Both the position numbers and the translations under genes were made by a program. A stretch of DNA of 40,543 nt, taken from positions 1 to 40,543 of the IMG/VR virus record IMGVR_UViG_3300012347_000612; one strand, 5' to 3'. Below, one piece after another: positions 29,096 through 38,074 of this stretch. The stretch's first letter is position 1, and every line of letters begins with the position of its first letter. Below the pieces are notes generated by a model that saw only the letters and a program-made list of their open reading frames with translations, did not search any database and was not told the origin of the DNA. Source of the stretch: a virus. Its lineage: Duplodnaviria > Caudoviricetes.

Positions 29096-29397
29096 GTGTC
29101 TCATACCGGAGGACTCAGGTGCTGAAGCCGAAGAAGAACCGGGGCAGCGCGGGGAATGCGCGGAGCGGTTTTGCGGGGATGCCGCCGGCGGCTCTGGATA
29201 CGATAAATATGGAGCAGTTTTGCCGGGCCTGCGACCGGATGCTGGCGGAACATGTGCCGGGCTACCGGGTGTTCAACTTCGCAGGCAAGGACGTGACGCG
29301 GGAGATGATGGAAAAAGCACCGGAGAAGGTGCGGGAAGAGCGGGTGGTGACGCGGGTGTTTTGGAGAAGCAAGCAGATGAGGGAGTGCAGAGGGTAG
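29092..29397 (+). CDS. Hypothetical protein
   Basis: GTGA overlap with the previous gene; 101 aa. Confidence 0.55.
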   Translation: MSVSYRRTQVLKPKKNRGSAGNARSGFAGMPPAALDTINMEQFCRACDRMLAEHVPGYRVFNFAGKDVTREMMEKAPEKVREERVVTRVFWRSKQMRECRG

Positions 29398-29454
29398 GAA
29401 GATAACCGCAGAGACGCAAAGGACGCAAAGGAAACGCTGAGAAGAAAGAAGATT

Positions 29455-30111
29455 ATGAACGAAGTGAATCAAAGACAGTGGCCGTGCGCGTGCATCGACC
29501 TTGAGACTCTATCGACTTCCGCGGATGCGGTGGTGCTGGAGATGGGGGCGGTGATGTTTGATCCGGCGACGCTGGAGCTGGGGCCGGAGTATCATGCGGA
29601 GGTGGAGATGAGGGCGCCGGATAACCGGCTGCGGGGAATCGACGCGGGGACGATGGTGTGGTGGGCGGAGCGGGTGAAGGAGGGGCATGATATGCCGGGG
29701 GTGTATGGGGGGGGGAGTCTGTGGGGTGCTTTGCAAGGTCTTGCGGAGTTTATGGCAAGGCATGCGGACCCGGAGGAGGTGGAGATGTGGGCGTGGGGGA
29801 GTGACTTTGATTTCGGGATACTGCGGCATGCGCATGATGAGGCGCAGATGAAGCTGCCGTGGCGCTACTCGCGCCAATGCGATGCGCGGAGTTTTTGCGG
29901 GAAGCTGGGGATCAAGCGGGTGGGGCCGGTGACTCACCAGGCACTGGCGGACGCGAAGCAGGAAGCGCAGGCGGTGATGGGGGCGCTGTTCAAGCTGGAG
30001 GCGATGCGAACATCGAACATCGAACATCGAACATCGGACGTCGAAGGAAGAGAAGGAGAAGAGAATTCTTCGGCAGCGCGTGGTGAAGATCTAACCCCTG
30101 CGGTGTCATGA
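29455..30111 (+). CDS. DEDDh 3'-5' exonuclease (Rv2179c-like)
   Basis: IDLETL, WAWGSDFDFGIL, CDARS and HQALADA motifs. Confidence 0.88.
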   Translation: MNEVNQRQWPCACIDLETLSTSADAVVLEMGAVMFDPATLELGPEYHAEVEMRAPDNRLRGIDAGTMVWWAERVKEGHDMPGVYGGGSLWGALQGLAEFMARHADPEEVEMWAWGSDFDFGILRHAHDEAQMKLPWRYSRQCDARSFCGKLGIKRVGPVTHQALADAKQEAQAVMGALFKLEAMRTSNIEHRTSDVEGREGEENSSAARGEDLTPAVS

Positions 30112-30356
30112 GTGCGGGGGATGCTTACGTGCTTTTCGAGCTGTCCGGGGGGCCTGGCTGCGGGCTGCGGCTGGCGCTGCGGCAGCAGACGGCGGAGGTG
30201 TATCTGCTGCGCTTCCCGGTGCCGGGGCGGGCGGTGGCGAAGGAGGTGTGGAGCTACGCGCAAGCCCCGCGGTCTCTGCCGGATGGGGCGTGGGTGCTGG
30301 AGGCTTGCTGCCGGGTGGGGTATGAGAATTTTTACGAGGAGGACGTGCAGCCATGA
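30108..30356 (+). CDS. Hypothetical protein
   Basis: ATGA-coupled 82 aa ORF. Confidence 0.55.
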   Translation: MSAGDAYVLFELSGGPGCGLRLALRQQTAEVYLLRFPVPGRAVAKEVWSYAQAPRSLPDGAWVLEACCRVGYENFYEEDVQP

Positions 30357-30787
30357 CGACGCGGAATGTGCATGAGTTCTGTGTGGGGCTGTGGGAGGCG
30401 CGGGAGGAATCCCGCCTGCCAGGTGCGGCGGTGATTTCCCGGGGGCTTGCGCGTGCGGTGGCGGCGGATGTGGAGGCGAGTGAGGATTACGAGCCGCACG
30501 TGGACCTGCGGGTGGTGTGGGCACAGCGGATGGTGAAGGGGCGGAACTGGCAGGTGCCGGAGTGTCGGCCGGAGGCGAGCGAGGCGGTGGAGTCGGCGGC
30601 AGCTTATCTGCTGGGGAAACCGTTTGCGGAGCGGGTGCTTACGGGCAGGGATCTGGCGGCAGGGGAGGGAAGGGAACATCGAACATCGAACGTCGAACAT
30701 CGAACATCGAAGGAAGAGAAGGAAGAGCTTGGGCTTTTCTCTTCCCTCATGACCCATCAACCCATGACCCATCAACTTCTATCATGA
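30353..30787 (+). CDS. Hypothetical protein with a repeat-derived C-terminus
   Basis: ATGA-coupled; EHRTSNVEHRTS at 30675. Confidence 0.55.
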   Translation: MTTRNVHEFCVGLWEAREESRLPGAAVISRGLARAVAADVEASEDYEPHVDLRVVWAQRMVKGRNWQVPECRPEASEAVESAAAYLLGKPFAERVLTGRDLAAGEGREHRTSNVEHRTSKEEKEELGLFSSLMTHQPMTHQLLS

Positions 30788-31542
30788 GCGACGAGATGCA
30801 CATGGAGAGTGCCTGGCGGCACCGGGATATGACGGCCATCGAGCAGTGGCACGGGCCGCAGCCGGATGAGGCGCTGATGGAGGCGGAGGATCTATCCGGC
30901 GGCGTGGGTTTCCCGGCGCGGGTGGAGATGATGGACCGGCTGAATGTATATCTGTTCGCGGACGGGCGGCTGGGGGAGTGGGAGTTTGTGGCGGCGCGTG
31001 GGTATGACCTGATGGTGAATTTCGCGCCGAGCCTGCTGGTAGGGCGTGGACGACAGGAGATGGCGCGGCTGCTATGGGTGCGGCGGGAGCAACGGGGAGA
31101 GGCACTGGGGGAGTTCATGGAGTTCCTGCGGGGTATCCCGGGCGGGGCGGTAATTCTGGCGCGGCTGCTGGGTTTCATTTTCCCGGGGACGGGGAGCCGG
31201 TGGCTTTTCCGCGGGACGCAGCGGGCGTATATCATGGCGAGGGCGTGGCAGCCGTGGCTGGTGACGCAGGAGGGCCGGGAGCTTTCCTACGAGGATCTGG
31301 CAGAAGTTTTCGAGGGGCAGGAGCTAACGACGCCGAAGGCGCGGAACCGGGCGCGGAGCCGCTGGAGTGCGAGAGTGCAGGAGGTGCTGCGCAAGCCGAT
31401 AGAAGCAGCCGGCGGGACGGTGCGATTGCAGTTCTCGAAGAGCGCCGGGGCCAGGGAGCAGATGGCGGCAAGCGCGAGGGGGAACCAGAATAGGAAGACG
31501 AACGCCGGTGTCCTGGCACATGCCGACGAGAAAACTAACTGA
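30784..31542 (+). CDS. Hypothetical protein, possible HTH transcription regulator
   Basis: ELSYEDLAEVF segment; stop codon lies inside attC1. Confidence 0.55.
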   Translation: MSDEMHMESAWRHRDMTAIEQWHGPQPDEALMEAEDLSGGVGFPARVEMMDRLNVYLFADGRLGEWEFVAARGYDLMVNFAPSLLVGRGRQEMARLLWVRREQRGEALGEFMEFLRGIPGGAVILARLLGFIFPGTGSRWLFRGTQRAYIMARAWQPWLVTQEGRELSYEDLAEVFEGQELTTPKARNRARSRWSARVQEVLRKPIEAAGGTVRLQFSKSAGAREQMAASARGNQNRKTNAGVLAHADEKTN

Positions 31543-31618
31543 CCATGGGAAACGACTTCATACTCCAAAACGCCGACGAAGGGAGTGAAGGCATGTTGCC
31601 AACGACCTCTTGTTCTCT
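31497..31618 (-). other. attC-like site 1 (122 bp)
   Basis: AACgccggtgtcctggcacatgcc...ggcatgttgccaacgacctcttGTT imperfect inverted repeat. Confidence 0.78.
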
Positions 31619-32289
31619 GCCGTCATCTTCCGGCATCTCTTCCAAATTATCAACGCATCACGATACAACGATATGAAAACAAGAATTGAACTCATAGCCG
31701 CCGAGAATCATCTCGGAGAAGCCATGCAGGATGTGTGGAATGACCGCTGCCAAGACATCGGCGAAACGCCGACATGCTTTGAAGTCCGTGGACCGAAAAC
31801 GACCCGCATCATCGCTGACTTCGAGGGATCGGCCTTTGTGCGTGATATAATCGAGACACTGGAGGCTCGCGGATGCTCTCTCCATGTTCCGCCACCGAAG
31901 GGGAAAGTGGGCGAGCTTTTTGACGATATTGCCAAGGGGTTAGGGTTGCCAGAAACTCCCGAAGAAAAAATCGCCGCTCTTGAAGAGCAAATCAGGCACA
32001 TGATCCAGCACCGGGAGAGGCTCAAGAATGACATCGGCCGACTGGAATCCAGACTCCAGAAAATCAGTGACACGATGGAGAATATCGTCGTCACAGAAGG
32101 CGAGGACGCGGGAGTGGTGCTGCTATCTACCGAAGCGCCATGTCGCTATGAAGCCGGGAGCAACGTAGCGATCTACGGCCTGCCATACTTCTCGCCGCTC
32201 GGTGAATCACTCATGGAGGTATACCATCTCGCAAGCCAAAGAGAAGCTGCCGGAACCGCTGACGAGAAGCCGGACGGTCAGGCAGAGAA
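31503..32289 (-). mobile_element. Gene cassette D (787 bp)
   Basis: GTTctctgcc (31612) is the reverse complement of ggcagagAAC (32281-32290). Confidence 0.75.
31545..31676 (+). CDS. 43-aa leader ORF starting inside attC1
   Basis: ATG 2 nt after the upstream stop; its TGA overlaps the next ATG (ATGA). Not in the ORF track because of its size. Confidence 0.4.
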   Translation: MGNDFILQNADEGSEGMLPTTSCSLPSSSGISSKLSTHHDTTI

Positions 32290-32323
32290 CGCCGAGCCCA
32301 TCCACGGCGAGAAAAATGCCTGA
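31673..32323 (+). CDS. Hypothetical protein (cassette D cargo, central coiled coil)
   Basis: 216 aa; lacks the regional G-skew; stop codon inside attC2. Confidence 0.75.
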   Translation: MKTRIELIAAENHLGEAMQDVWNDRCQDIGETPTCFEVRGPKTTRIIADFEGSAFVRDIIETLEARGCSLHVPPPKGKVGELFDDIAKGLGLPETPEEKIAALEEQIRHMIQHRERLKNDIGRLESRLQKISDTMENIVVTEGEDAGVVLLSTEAPCRYEAGSNVAIYGLPYFSPLGESLMEVYHLASQREAAGTADEKPDGQAENAEPIHGEKNA

Positions 32324-32369
32324 ATACACAATCGAGCTTATCGCCGTTGGATGCGGCGATTTGTTCATC
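32284..32369 (-). other. attC-like site 2 (86 bp)
   Basis: AACgccgagcccatccacggcga...tcgccgttggatgcggcgatttGTT with two extra bases on one arm. Confidence 0.82.
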
Positions 32370-32653
32370 CTCTTTGAATTACCCCAAGATCCCAAAATGA
32401 AATACATCGTAACCAAGCGCGAAGACGGCACCGAAGAAATCTTCATCTTCCCTGACGCTGTGCATCACAAGGACATGGCCGAAGCTGTCCAATACCTCAA
32501 AGAACATGACCGACTGGTCTATGGGAAGTGGCGGTGGATCGAACGCGAACCGATCTCGGCTGGATTCGTGAAAGGTGGGAAGTGCGTGGGTAACAGCGAG
32601 TCTCTTGGACTCCGGTCACGCCCGCAAGACTCCGATCTGCTTCCTTGGATGAA
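32290..32653 (-). mobile_element. Gene cassette C (364 bp)
   Basis: GTTcatcc (32363) is the reverse complement of ggatgAAC (32647-32654). Confidence 0.78.
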
Positions 32654-32714
32654 CGCTAGGGCTATGCCGTCCGGTGACGGTGTGGCCGATGAATCGAAAC
32701 TGAAAAGCTTATGA
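32316..32714 (+). CDS. Hypothetical phage-type protein (cassette C cargo)
   Basis: Start at 32316 (inside attC2) or 32397 (MKYIV...IFP..VHH...SAGF...C.G.SESL); stop codon inside attC3. Confidence 0.75.
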   Translation: MPEYTIELIAVGCGDLFILFELPQDPKMKYIVTKREDGTEEIFIFPDAVHHKDMAEAVQYLKEHDRLVYGKWRWIEREPISAGFVKGGKCVGNSESLGLRSRPQDSDLLPWMNARAMPSGDGVADESKLKSL

Positions 32715-32742
32715 CGGATCGGACATCAGCCCCTTGTTCTCT
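32648..32742 (-). other. attC-like site 3 (95 bp)
   Basis: AACgctagggctatgccgtccg...cggatcggacatcagccccttGTT. Confidence 0.8.
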
Positions 32743-32746
32743 GCCG

Positions 32747-32926
32747 TCATCCTCCGGCATCTCTTTTCTTCGTCTTGCGACGTATGGCCGCGAGGAAAAG
32801 CGCCTGCTGCCATTCGGGGGGCGTGCGGCTACCATCAAGCCAGGCGTAAGCGGTGGCACGAGGACACCCAAGGGCGGCAACGATCTGGGCGGCGGAATAC
32901 TCAGCAAGCGATTCGGTGAAGGACAT
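32747..32926 (-). CDS. Small Cro/XRE-like HTH protein (59 aa)
   Basis: SAAQIVAALGCPRATAYAWLDGSRTPPEWQQ; stop codon directly before the attC3 R'' box. Confidence 0.7.
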   Translation of the reverse strand: MSFTESLAEYSAAQIVAALGCPRATAYAWLDGSRTPPEWQQALFLAAIRRKTKKRDAGG

Positions 32927-32950
32927 GGCTGGACAATACCCGAAAAAGAA

Positions 32951-33010
32951 ATGTCTGCAATGCATAAAATAAATCTCGACAAGTGTCCGCAATGCAGACA
33001 CTCTTTGCGC
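32951..33010. promoter_or_regulatory. Operators and leaderless promoter inside cassette B
   Basis: tgtctgcaatgcata (32952) and near-palindrome tgtccgcaatgcagaca (32984-33000); TCGACA-17 nt-CACTCT-6 nt-ATG. Confidence 0.6.
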
Positions 33011-33271
33011 ATGTCCAACACCAACGACCGCCTCAACAAACTCTTCACCGAACTCGAAGAAGCCACCAAGGCTTCCAATCACTACGAGTTCCAATCCCTC
33101 TACGGCACCGCCGTGAGCCGCGAGGCTTACGACGCAATCTATGAGGAAGCGCTTAAGGAAATCACCATCATCCAAAAGCGCATCATCCGCACCCTCCTAA
33201 AAGCTGGCGAGCTGGCCGAACTCATCGGCCATCTCGACGCGGGGACAATCAACCGCGCTCTCCTCAAATAA
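33011..33271 (+). CDS. Hypothetical helical protein (cassette B cargo)
   Basis: MSNTNDRLNKLF...; the frame is also open from ATG 32711. Confidence 0.7.
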   Translation: MSNTNDRLNKLFTELEEATKASNHYEFQSLYGTAVSREAYDAIYEEALKEITIIQKRIIRTLLKAGELAELIGHLDAGTINRALLK

Positions 33272-33311
33272 TCACAAGCGGGGTTCGATCCCCCGCCAAT
33301 CTGGCAAGCCA

Positions 33312-33620
33312 ATGAATCCTGAAATCGAAAAGATACTAAAACGCGCTCTGGTTGGGCTGAAGATGGGTGCCGATCTGGCATACGCGACTGAGACGACAGA
33401 CTCGCAAGCCGCGATGGCTGGTGCTGTCTGCGTGAAAATCGAATCCATAGAGGAAGAGGTGAAGGCGTTTCTTGGGCGCACACTGGAGACTCAGTATGTT
33501 CCCGGAAATCCCGGATGCACGATCTTCTTTAAAAGCCAAAGAGAAGCTGCCGGAACCGCTGACGAGAAGCGCGACCGCAGTGCAGAGAACGCCGCGCCTT
33601 CCCGCCCGGAACCATCTTGA
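33312..33620 (+). CDS. Hypothetical protein (cassette B cargo)
   Basis: 102 aa; stop codon inside attC4. Confidence 0.65.
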   Translation: MNPEIEKILKRALVGLKMGADLAYATETTDSQAAMAGAVCVKIESIEEEVKAFLGRTLETQYVPGNPGCTIFFKSQREAAGTADEKRDRSAENAAPSRPEPS

Positions 33621-33745
33621 GTGACTCAAACGCTGAACTACTATGACGAATCGAAAAACATATATGATTGAGATCGAAGCTGACGGCTCGATCACGGAGG
33701 AGTCGCGCAAGATGGTGCAGGGTCCGGAACGGCATCTTGTTGGGG
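33584..33745 (-). other. attC-like site 4 (162 bp, long loop)
   Basis: AACgccgcgccttcccgccc...gggtccggaacggcatcttGTT; longer than typical attC sites. Confidence 0.68.
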
Positions 33746-34007
33746 ACGTCGCGGAGCGAGTCACCGACAAGAGTGCCGTGGAGGTCGCGAAGCCGGGAAG
33801 GCGCGGCGTTGGAGAGATCGTGGGAGCGGAAGAACTACGTGGATACATTGCCCAGCAGGACAGCGAAGCGCGGTCGAGACGGAAAGAAGCCGAAGCGCAA
33901 GGTCTGCCGAAATGGGTGATAACGCATATCAACGGAGAGCTGACCGCGCTGCGAGAATTAGGTGAATGGCTGACCGAACGGACCGGCCAGCGGAGCGATC
34001 TCTCCAA
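33590..34007 (-). mobile_element. Gene cassette A (418 bp), attI-proximal
   Basis: GTTgggga (33739) versus tctccAAC (34001-34008): 7 of 8 complementary. Confidence 0.7.
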
Positions 34008-34038
34008 CAGCTTATTAACCCAACAGGACTGCGAATAA
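33643..34038 (+). CDS. Hypothetical protein (cassette A cargo)
   Basis: Starts inside attC4 and stops inside the attI-like site. Confidence 0.7.
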   Translation: MTNRKTYMIEIEADGSITEESRKMVQGPERHLVGDVAERVTDKSAVEVAKPGRRGVGEIVGAEELRGYIAQQDSEARSRRKEAEAQGLPKWVITHINGELTALRELGEWLTERTGQRSDLSNSLLTQQDCE

Positions 34039-34040
34039 TT
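34002..34040 (-). other. attI-like site adjacent to intI
   Basis: Minus strand ...gggttaataagctGTTggag, divergent from and abutting the intI start; duplicated at 3550-3582. Confidence 0.72.
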
Positions 34041-35039
34041 ATGAAAACACTGACTGATCGTGAGGCGATTGTGGGATTGAAGAATGCACAGCTGGAAAAG
34101 GGGCATTGCTTGAATACCCGGAAATCCTACCGGGGATGGGTGATGCGCTATCGGGAGGCGCGGACGAAGCGATTGGTGCGGGATCTGCAAGGATTCCTGA
34201 CCAGGCTGGCAACGGTGGAACGGGTGAACCCGAAGACGGTAAGGCAGGCGCTGAATGCTTTGAAATTCTATCATGAGAAGGTGCTCGGCATCGAGATCGC
34301 GCCGAAGTCTTTGACGGTGCCATCCATCAATCCACACCGGAACATTCCGGTGTGGCTGACGCATGACGAGGCGATGGACCTCATCGGGCGGATGGAGGGG
34401 GTGGCTCGGCTCCAGGCGGAGATGCTGTATGGGACGGGCGGGCGGATCACGGCGCTGCTGACGCTGCGGCTGAAGGATCTGGATTTGCAGAAGGGGCTGG
34501 TGACATTCCGCTTCGATAAGGGCGGTAAGTCCCGGACGGTGCGGCTGCCGCGGGCGGTGATGCACCGGCTCCAGACGCATGTGGCAACGGTGCGGATGCT
34601 ATGGGAGGGGGACAAGGCGCGGGGAATCATCTATCCGACGGCGGCGGAGGCGGCGATGAAGAAGCTGGGCCGGGCCCGCTTCGGGACTCTGCCGTTCTGC
34701 TGGCTCTTCCCGTCCCGGGATGTGCGGGGGGCGGAGCGGTGGCATGCGACGGATCACGCTCTATCGGACGGGCTGCGCGTGGCGGCGGAGGAGGCGGGGA
34801 TCATGAAACGGGTCTCGCCGCATGTGCTGCGGCACTCGAACGCGACGGCTCTGCTGGAACGCGGGGAGAATATCCGGACGATCCAGGAGCATCTGGGCCA
34901 CTCGAATGTGGAGACGACGGAAATCTACACGCATGCGAATGGCTCTCAGGGGGTGATCTCGCCGCTGGACTATCCGCCGCTGGCGGTGCCGCGGGGAGTT
35001 TCTAACCTGGTGGCATTCGAGGGGAGGGCGAGCGCATGA
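34041..35039 (+). CDS. intI: Integron integrase-like tyrosine recombinase
   Basis: FLTRLATVERVNPKTVRQALNAL, IPVWLT..E, LYGTGGR, KGGKSR, IntI-type insertion (WEGDKARG...CWLFPS), HVLRHS, IRTIQEHLGH..VETTEIYTH. Confidence 0.9.
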   Translation: MKTLTDREAIVGLKNAQLEKGHCLNTRKSYRGWVMRYREARTKRLVRDLQGFLTRLATVERVNPKTVRQALNALKFYHEKVLGIEIAPKSLTVPSINPHRNIPVWLTHDEAMDLIGRMEGVARLQAEMLYGTGGRITALLTLRLKDLDLQKGLVTFRFDKGGKSRTVRLPRAVMHRLQTHVATVRMLWEGDKARGIIYPTAAEAAMKKLGRARFGTLPFCWLFPSRDVRGAERWHATDHALSDGLRVAAEEAGIMKRVSPHVLRHSNATALLERGENIRTIQEHLGHSNVETTEIYTHANGSQGVISPLDYPPLAVPRGVSNLVAFEGRASA

Positions 35040-35239
35040 GTGGCACGGAATGTCATGCGATGTGGCACGCGCTGAATGATGCGGTGGGGGCGGTGATCGA
35101 CGCGCGGCGGGCGATGACGCCGGAGCATGAGCGGGTGAAGCTGCGCACTGCGCTGCTGGAACTGGCGAAGGCGAAACGGATGATCGAGAAGCGTTTGCTG
35201 GAGAGCAGGGAGGTAAATGCTGAGAAGCTGAAAAGCTGA
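35036..35239 (+). CDS. Hypothetical protein
   Basis: ATGA-coupled to intI; ends in a (GCTGAAA)n run. Confidence 0.6.
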   Translation: MSGTECHAMWHALNDAVGAVIDARRAMTPEHERVKLRTALLELAKAKRMIEKRLLESREVNAEKLKS

Positions 35240-35308
35240 AAGCTGAAAGCTGAAATGAAGATTTTGAAGAGTGAGAGAAACTAACCAAACCATAGAAAAC
35301 GAAAAACG

Positions 35309-36655
<1,347 letters not shown>

Positions 36656-36777
36656 AATGAAGAGGAAGAGATAGGTCCTATGGGTCTTATGGGGCCTATC
36701 TTTTCCGAATCTTTTTAGACAAGCGGGCAAGGAAGCGGGGTGTGTGCCCCGGGAATTTTAGAAAACCAGTAGATTTT

Positions 36778-38046
36778 ATGGCGGGAGAATGGATTGCAGA
36801 GAAAGCGCGTGGGCTGATGGGGATGATCCCCGGACAGTGGGAGGAATCCCAGCCGGGGATCTATCAGGGACGGTGTCCGGGGGAGCATCTGCACACGGGC
36901 GGCTCGGCGGCGACGGACTGCCGGGTGCATCTGGCGTACGGAGGGCAGGGGCAGCCGCCGGGGGTGTATTGCCTGCATAGTTCGTGCAAGGGATTTCTGG
37001 AGCCGATCAATGAGGAGTTCCGGACGGCGATCTTCAAAAAAGATGAGAACTGGCGGCCGAGCAGCCCGGCGAATGCGGGGGTGGTGCAGCGGGCTCCGGT
37101 GAACCGTGAGGCGTGGATCCCGGAATTCAGCTTCGCGAAGCTGCATGGGCTGGTGCAGGCGGTGCCGCCGATCTCGCCGGAGTGGTTCATGGAGCGGAGT
37201 CCGGTGGACCCGCGGAAGGTGACGCCGGGGGAGTTTCTGGAGCATTGCTTCGGAGTGGGGGAGCGGGTGGTGGTGTTCACGGTCTTCAAGGGGCCGGGGG
37301 ATTTCCTGTGGGAGGTGGGGCGGGGTGGATTCCGGCTTTCTGCGGAGCGGGGGGTGAAGGCGGTGAGATCGAATCTGCCGGTGGACGGAGGCAAGGATGG
37401 GGTGTGGTACCTCTGCAACCCGGTGGACGGGGCCTGGCATGCGAACCCGAGACGGGGCGGGCTCTACTCGCGGCGCAGCCAGGAGAGTGTGACGGCGTGG
37501 AAACACATGGTGGTGGAGAGCGATGAGACGAAGACGCGGAAGAAGATGGGATTCGCGCTGAAGGAGGTGGTGGAGATGCGAAAGACTGGAGGCGCGGTGG
37601 CAGGGCTGGAGGCGATGCGGGCGGTGCTGGCGAAGGCGGGGCGCGACAAGTGGGCGGATGAGATGATGAAGGTGCCGGAGCAGTGGGAGGCGGCGGCGGA
37701 GCGGTGCTTCGCGGAGGCGGCGGCGATTCCGGGGCTGTGGAATCGCTTTCTTGCGATGGCCCCGCTGGCGATCAAGGCGATTTACTCAAGCGGCGGGGAC
37801 TCATGGCACGCGCTGGTGGAGGTGAATCAGCAGAGCAAGGCGGAGTTCGACACGCTGCTGCGGAACCATGGAAAGCGGACGCTGCCGCTCTTCGGGGCGG
37901 ACCCGGGGGCGATGACGCCGGTGCGGCTTTCACGGCTGCCAGGGTGCACGCGGGGCGGGAATGAGCAAAGATTGATCTATCTGAATCCGAAACCTTCGCC
38001 GGAGGGTGTGCCGATCAGGGATTTGCCTAAAATGAGGGCGATTTGA
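36778..38046 (+). CDS. Putative DNA primase (Zn-binding plus RepB/AEP-like domain)
   Basis: CPGEHLH...CLHSSC; VVESD, YSSGGDSWHALV and RLSRLPG motifs. Confidence 0.72.
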   Translation: MAGEWIAEKARGLMGMIPGQWEESQPGIYQGRCPGEHLHTGGSAATDCRVHLAYGGQGQPPGVYCLHSSCKGFLEPINEEFRTAIFKKDENWRPSSPANAGVVQRAPVNREAWIPEFSFAKLHGLVQAVPPISPEWFMERSPVDPRKVTPGEFLEHCFGVGERVVVFTVFKGPGDFLWEVGRGGFRLSAERGVKAVRSNLPVDGGKDGVWYLCNPVDGAWHANPRRGGLYSRRSQESVTAWKHMVVESDETKTRKKMGFALKEVVEMRKTGGAVAGLEAMRAVLAKAGRDKWADEMMKVPEQWEAAAERCFAEAAAIPGLWNRFLAMAPLAIKAIYSSGGDSWHALVEVNQQSKAEFDTLLRNHGKRTLPLFGADPGAMTPVRLSRLPGCTRGGNEQRLIYLNPKPSPEGVPIRDLPKMRAI

Positions 38047-38074
38047 GAGACTGGAAACCATAACAAAAAAGAAA

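Larger units (their letters stand above)
32654..33589 (-). mobile_element. Gene cassette B (936 bp) with an internal divergent regulatory unit
   Basis: GTTctctgc (32736) is the reverse complement of gcagagAAC (33582-33590). Confidence 0.75.

Noticed and set aside
30784-31500. A fifth cassette continuing the array leftward
   Set aside because: No matching GTTcgtc box with an attC hairpin upstream; the gene has backbone G-skew.
32711-33271. Single 186-aa protein
   Set aside because: Its first half overlaps a more convincing minus-strand HTH gene and a promoter/operator region; start 33011 preferred, though read-through from attC3 is not excluded.
32233-33570. 38-nt repeat pair as a DGR template/variable repeat
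   Set aside because: The copies are identical, with no adenine-specific differences, and no reverse transcriptase is encoded.
33966-34040. N-terminal extension of IntI
   Set aside because: It spans the attI site and cassette A, which would change on cassette exchange; ATG 34041 preferred.
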